DNA of 58,296 nt, taken from positions 1-58,296 of the forward strand of contig JWZX01003314.1 in assembly GCA_001275005.1 (NCBI GenBank), given 5' to 3'. The number at the start of each line of letters is the position of its first letter. Within the stretch, counting starts at the first letter, position 1. This DNA is from Chrysochromulina tobinii. Taxonomy: Eukaryota. The position numbers were made by a program, and so were the translations under genes. Below, in pieces: positions 52,865-58,296 of the stretch. Below the pieces are notes generated by a model. The model saw only the letters and a list, made by a program, of their open reading frames with translations. It did not search any database and was not told the origin of the DNA.

Positions 52865-53980
52865 TTAGGCGGCGTTGGGGTCTTCTTCGTCCTCCGCTGT
52901 TCCCCCCGCCACATTCTTGCCCACAAGGCCCGCCGTGTACGCCTCCTTGAGAGCCTTGTCGAGAATCGAGAGCAGCTTCAGATCGTTCTCCTTCTGTTTG
53001 TCGTCGGCCTGTTTTTTCAGAACTTGGCGAAGCGGCCATTTTTTATCAAGCGTCGTATTGATCTTGTACACCTCATAGAGGCTCTGGAATAAAATGAAGG
53101 CCGCAAGGAACCCTGCGGCGACTCCGATCACAAATGCCGCCTCCGAAAAGAAAGGGGATGAAATCCGGATGGTCATGACGGACACGATTCCGAAGAAGGC
53201 AAACCCCATTCCAGTACAGAATAGAAGGTGAAGGAAAAGGAACGGAACCCGAAGGTTGGAGACGAGGACATCGACTTCCTTGTCGACCTTGAGATCCGTT
53301 TGCGTGCCAGAGCACACAATGTAAAGGAACGTCGTGTACAAGACGGTGATCAGCAGGAGCATGGAGCCGCCGCCATTGCCGATGATGAAGGCCAGCTCCA
53401 GATTCCATGCACTGAAAAGGCCGCACCTGATGGTCTGTGAGCAGCATTCCTTGTCAGTTCCTTCGATGCTCATAAAAGGATCCCCTCCATCTTTCGTCCA
53501 CTCACGGTACACGTCGGTGCAGTAGAACTGCGCGCCCCGTGTCCATCTCTGCTTGCTCAAATATCCAACTCCGCCGAGTTTCGTCTGGCTCGTCACCTGG
53601 ATGGTCGAGTTGCAGGATGCTTTCGCGAACTCTTGGCATTCGTCACTCGTCATCCAGACCCCGACGTAATTAATCCAGGCGTCCGAGCCGATCGCAGCGT
53701 AATTTGCAAACGTCATGGTCAGGATAAGCGCAGCGGCCAGGCCGTAGTTCACGCAGACGCTTTTCATGGCCTGCAAGTTGCCCGCTAGATCCATCACGCT
53801 TGCCGATACCTTTTCGGTAAGCTCTGCTAAATTGCTCTTTTGCTTGGTCAACTTTTTCTTCTCCCGTGCCTCCGCCTCCGCCGGGACCGCCGCCGCTCCA
53901 GGCGTCGAATTCGACGAGAACCGCGTCGACCCCTTTACCGGGCTTGACAAGTTCTGCTTCTCCTGTGGTTTGACATACAT
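52865..53980 (-). CDS. Intronless hypothetical membrane protein with ~4 TM helices and a Cys-rich loop
   Basis: Long ORF with first ATG at 53980; hydrophobic segments YGLAAALILTMTF, MLLLITVLYTTFLY, FLFLHLLFCTGMGFAFFGIV, AFVIGVAAGFLAAFILF. Lower GC than neighbouring genes. Confidence 0.75.
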   Translation of the reverse strand: MYVKPQEKQNLSSPVKGSTRFSSNSTPGAAAVPAEAEAREKKKLTKQKSNLAELTEKVSASVMDLAGNLQAMKSVCVNYGLAAALILTMTFANYAAIGSDAWINYVGVWMTSDECQEFAKASCNSTIQVTSQTKLGGVGYLSKQRWTRGAQFYCTDVYREWTKDGGDPFMSIEGTDKECCSQTIRCGLFSAWNLELAFIIGNGGGSMLLLITVLYTTFLYIVCSGTQTDLKVDKEVDVLVSNLRVPFLFLHLLFCTGMGFAFFGIVSVMTIRISSPFFSEAAFVIGVAAGFLAAFILFQSLYEVYKINTTLDKKWPLRQVLKKQADDKQKENDLKLLSILDKALKEAYTAGLVGKNVAGGTAEDEEDPNAA

Positions 53981-54414
53981 GGTCTCCTGCAACTATGCAA
54001 GTGAGGGCGTAGTGAGGGTGAGTGAGCACCCGGTCGTCAATCCTCGGGTCTTCTCATATTTTCGGGGCCGCCGAAAAGAAGTTCCTGTTGGAAGTTCTGT
54101 AGAAAGTTCTACGCCGAACTGAGGCACGGATGCATGCATGCATGAACCCCGGTCTATTCCTCGCGCGCTTCCTTCGTCCATTGGTTCCACGTCATTTTGA
54201 ACTTCTTGCGAAAGGGTCAGTTGAATCGACTTCTTGCGTCACTTCACACTTCTCGTGTGATCGCCACGAGCTCGAGCACCGGCTGCCTTGTGTGGCCAGC
54301 GGCCCGACTCCGCAGCTCGTCTGCGGTGGACGTCTGCGGTGTGGCTGTCGGCCTGGCAGGTGACTTTGCGACCGGGTACTCGTCAAGAGCCGCATCCTCG
54401 AGCCGAACAAGCCG

Positions 54415-56639
54415 ATGTGCAGCCTCGGCGGTGCAGCCTTGGAGCTTCGTACGGCCAGTGCAGGCACGTGTCACGCGACTGGGGCTGACGGCATCCGTGT
54501 ATGCTTTGAAGAGACCTCCCGTGATCCGGGTGGTGGCTATGCCGGCGTGCAGGGCGGTCTCGTGGGACGTGTGGAACTGCAGCCGCTACTGCACGCTCAT
54601 CGCAACACGACGACCGGCGCCGACGACTTGTGGTGGCTTCTCCGCGTGAGTGGCCCGCATCCGCAGACAGTCCTGTTTGATGGCACGCGGGGCGGCGATT
54701 GGGTCGCCCGCTTTCGGATGTGCAGCCCGGGCGTGTACACGCTCTACGTTCGCGAGGTGCTCCGAGCGCCGTGGGCGCAGTGGCGCGACGACCGTTGGGA
54801 GGAGAGGCCCGGTACGCCTCCGTGCGCGCACGGCAACTGGACTGCTGGGGTCCGATTGCGCCGGTACGCCTTTCGCTATCGTCCTGCTGCCTCTGGAGCG
54901 CTTGGTCAATTGCTTCGTCGCCCTGCCTCTTGCAGCTCCGGGCTATGGGCATGGTCCCGCAGCGCGATTGAAGAGGCGTGCGACCCGTCAACCGGTGAGC
55001 CGTCCGGCCGTGCGCGGGGTGAGCGAGCCCGAGCGCTGTCCCGAGCGCTGACCCTGTTGGAGGAGGTTCAACCGGTCCCTTATCCAGAGCATGGCCTCTT
55101 TGGAAACGCAAACGTGAGCGGCGCGCTCGCCTACGTGGAACGCGAGCGAAGCAGCGACGGTACGCTCCCATATTTGGAAGGAGGGACGCTCCCTAATTTA
55201 GAAGGCGACGTGCTTCCAAATACGGCTAGCCAGAGGAGCCAAAACTGCAGCAGGAGCAAAAACTGCAGCAGGAGCAGGGCGGGCACCGCTTGCCGGAGGG
55301 GTAACGACACGCTCATTTGCCTCATGGGGGACAGCCAGATGCGCACACTGGCGGATGGGTTGCTCTCGTCGAGTGCTATGTTAGGCAACAGCTGTGCCGA
55401 GCTCGAGGCCGCAGCCGACATGACGACCTCGATGTCGGCCGAAGGGTCTCTCGAGGCCGTAGGGTCTCGCCGCGCCGCCGCCGCCGCCGCCGCCGCCTGT
55501 ACCGGCCTACGTCAGTGGCGACGACTCTGCCCGAAGGGCACCTCCTCGCAGCCGCCCGGGCGTCCGAAGCTCAAACAGATGCCCTGCCCGAAGAATGCCC
55601 CTTCTTCCGCCGTCTGTCAACGAAGCCTCTGTGACGGCGTCCGCCTGCACTATCTGCGCGTCAACTACGGGGATGAGCTCATCAGCCCGTTTCCCCACAA
55701 GCGAGCGACACAGAGCCTCGCGGAGCATGCCGCGCAGCACTGTACGGCGATCGTGCTCAACACGGGCCAGTGGTGAGTGCTCTCGACGGCGCCCTAATGA
55801 CGGAGTGCCTTTTGATTGCACCGCCAAGTGCCTCCTCTGAGGACCCTCTTCCCCCTATCAAGGTGGACTCCTTCGAACTGATCGCCCTCTGAGGGGCCTC
55901 TGATGGCCTCTGATTGCGTCCCTCATCAGGTGGGCCTCGTGGAAGCGGGCGTCTGCGCTACTGATTGCCCTGGATGAGCCTTGATTGCCCCTCTCATCAG
56001 GTGGGCCTCGTGGAAACCGTCGAAGCCCGAAGGGGCGCAGGAGCCGGCGCCACCGGGCAGGTATGCGCGCACCCATCGCGAGCGCTACCTCTCGCTGATG
56101 AGCCTCTGATGAGCCTCTGATGAGCCTCTGATTGCGTCCCTCATCAGGTACGCGCGCACCCTTCGTGAGCGCTACCTCTCGGTGCTACAGGACGCTGCAC
56201 GCCGCTACGGCACCCACCTGGCCTTTGCCGCCACGAACCCCTATCCCCTCAATGTGGGAGGGCCCCAGTACGCGTCGAGGCGCTCGAAGCCATATGATAT
56301 GGCCGCATGCAACCCAACCGCACGTGAGCGGCGCTACCCGCACGTGCTGCGCGAGTATAATCGGCTTGCTCGGCAGGCGTGCGCCGCGCTGCGCATCCCA
56401 TATCTCGACATGTGGGAGATTGCGCTGCCCATGTTCGACATCAGTGGGGACGGCGCTCACTACGCTGCGGACGCGACGCCGGTCGGACGAGCGCAGGTAC
56501 GTTGATTGCATGCTGATGGCCTGCCTTGCATGCAAGTGCTCACCACGGCGCGACGCCGGTCGGACGAGCGCAGGCGGTGCGGCTCTTGCACTGGCTCTCG
56601 TCGCTCCCTTGCATGCAAGTGCTCACCACGGCGCCCTAG
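54415..56639 (+). CDS. SGNH-like (PC-esterase/NXPE-type) hydrolase or acyltransferase; exons 54415-55772, 56001-56060, 56148-56496, 56574-(3' end unresolved)
   Basis: CLMGDSQMR (GDS block), IVLNTGQW, YLDMW..DGAHY (DxxH). The introns restore the frame. Confidence 0.75.
55773..56000 (+). other. Compound intron of three stacked motif-A units with AG|GT junctions at 55862 and 55929
   Basis: Donor GTGAGT. Acceptors TATCAAG, CCTCATCAG and CTCATCAG are each followed by a copy of GTGGGCCTCGTGGAA (first copy degenerate). Confidence 0.82.
56061..56147 (+). other. 87-bp intron: 37-bp duplication (3 mismatches) plus (CTGATGAGCCT)3 CTGATTGCGTCCCTCATCAG
   Basis: 56058-56094 versus 56145-56181; phase 2/2; in-frame stop if retained. 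Confidence 0.9.
56497..56573 (+). other. 77-bp intron: composite A+B insert followed by a perfect 26-bp copy of the upstream exon end
   Basis: 56472-56497 = 56549-56574; CAG|GTACGT...GCGCAG|GCG. Confidence 0.85.
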
Positions 56640-57429
56640 GCGGTGCGGCTCTTGCACTGGCTCGCGTCGCTCCCTTGCATGCGAGTGCTCACCACGGCGC
56701 TCTTGATCAGCGTCCCTTGCATGCACGTGCTCACCACGGCGCCCTCGGATCGTTCCCTTGCACTGGCTCTCGTCTCTCCCACTGCGAGGCTGCTGAGTGC
56801 TGGCGAGGGTTCATGGTGAGAGACGGTGAGAAGTGCCAGAGCGTCTTCCGTCTACGGGTCGAGAGAGAAAACAGCCCCAGCCCGCCCCGTAAGCGGACCG
56901 GTAACCGAAACCGTGCACGCTGAGACCTGTGAATAAACCTACGTGAGTTGCGGTGCGGCCGCTTTGCCTCCCGCGAAAGTAACCGAGTTTTTTGTGGATG
57001 CCGATTGCCGTCGTACACGGTTGATGCACACGGATACGAAGTATCCGTTATTCGCGCGCCGTACGTGGGGTACGCGGGCGCGCGGCCCGTACTACGGTAC
57101 TAGTATTGTAGTATTCGATTCGCGCCCCACACGGACACGCGCGCGGTGAGCCGTGAGCCGATCGTGTGACCCCGGCGAGCACTATCAACGAAGCCCGCGA
57201 TCCCGGCGGATCTACACACGCGTCAGAGCACATTGTCGGAGAGACTGCAGACCACCAACAGACCATCGGACTCGCAGACCACCGGACTCGCAAACCCACA
57301 AACATGGAACGACATGGAACGACCACGCCCTAGTGCGGTACCCGCCATGATGCGCGGGAAATGTGAGTGAATGTGAATGTGTGTCAGTGTGTGCTGCTCA
57401 CGTGGGTGCTGTTCACATGCACGTGCTGC

Positions 57430-58141
57430 TCACCATATGAATATTCCATGTGTGATTCCGCGCGCCTTGCACGCCTCCTTCAGCGCAGTCGAATCGCCGT
57501 CGTTGTCAGTAAAGTCGAATTTCTTGAGCGCCGGCGCCGCGCCCTCGCGGATCGCCGCCGCCAGCGCCGCAATCCCGCGCGTGCCGATTTCGTTAGCGCT
57601 CAAGTCGAGCGTCTCGACGCGCCGCAGGAGCGGCAGCACCTTGGCGAACGCCTCCGCGTCCGCGTCCGTCCACTCGAGGCCGCTAAACTTGAGATCCCGC
57701 GCCTCGCCGAGCGCGGCGCAGATCGCGTCGGCGTACAGCCGCGCCACCACCTCGCAGTCGGAGCCGTTGGCGAAGACCTTGCGCGACAGCTCGGCCGCAA
57801 ACTCGCGAGGGTGCATCGGAGGCGCGCGGTACCCGTGGGTGATGCCGCGCGGCACCGCGGGGTCGGCGAGGCGTCGAAAGGAACACGCTGACCCCCTCTT
57901 GACAAAGCCGCTCACGGCGCGCTCAAACGACGGCCACCCCTTGCCTCGGAGCCAGCCCTCGGGGAAGAAGGGCGCGGCCTCGGCCGACCGCGGCCAGCCC
58001 GGGGGCAGCTCGCTCAGGATGACCGTCGTCGTCAGCCGGTGGGCGTACCACGTGTTCACGGTCTTCAGCGCGGTTTTAAAGGCGGCTTGCTCGGGCTTCG
58101 TCCGCTGCCCGTCGGCGTCCTTTTGGTGTATGCTGCCCCAG
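57430..58141 (-). CDS. Last exon of an RNI-like LRR (NLRC3-like) protein with an upstream HET-like region; 5' part not resolved in the window
   Basis: (D)WGSIHQKD..VNTWYAH..KGWPSFE, then LRR motifs VETLDLSANEIGTRGIAALAAAI and LKKFDF. Acceptor CAG at 58144-58142. Confidence 0.75.
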
Positions 58142-58296
58142 CTGCGCGCATCGTGGGACGACACACACACGCGAACCCGATCAGTGCGCGTAAGCGCGCC
58201 GAGGTTGCACAACGCCGGGCCAATCAGGCGCGCCGTCGCGGCAGAGGCGCAAGGGGGGGCTGCGGCGGCGTCGAGTGGCTACTTTCGGGGGGGGAG

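Overview
GC-rich eukaryotic genomic DNA with spliceosomal introns, probably a haptophyte alga such as Chrysochromulina (inferred from composition and gene content, not verified). It holds about 14 host genes: filamin-repeat protein, ZIP transporter with two cNMP-binding domains, AGC kinase, WD40 protein, GNAT, sterol-desaturase-like gene with an in-frame stop, four-repeat CNBD cation channel, EF-hand/adenylate-kinase-like protein, SGNH-like esterase, LRR protein and several hypotheticals. An intact 8-kb non-LTR retrotransposon ORF (APE-RT-RNase H-Zn finger) lies in the middle. The main signal is a recurrent intron-creating architecture at about 14 loci in 6 unrelated genes: a 9-48 bp direct duplication of flanking exon sequence brackets a short, always sense-oriented insert built from shared motifs, A = (CTCTGATGAC)n...CTGATTGC..CCTCATCAG and B = TGCATGCAAGTGCTCACCACGGCGCC..CTCTCCCCACAG. 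The duplication supplies one splice site and the insert supplies the branch point and the other site. Inserts are stacked serially at some sites. Two further short oligos recur in coding linkers of unrelated genes. All splice models are inferred from GT-AG sites and frame restoration, not from transcripts.
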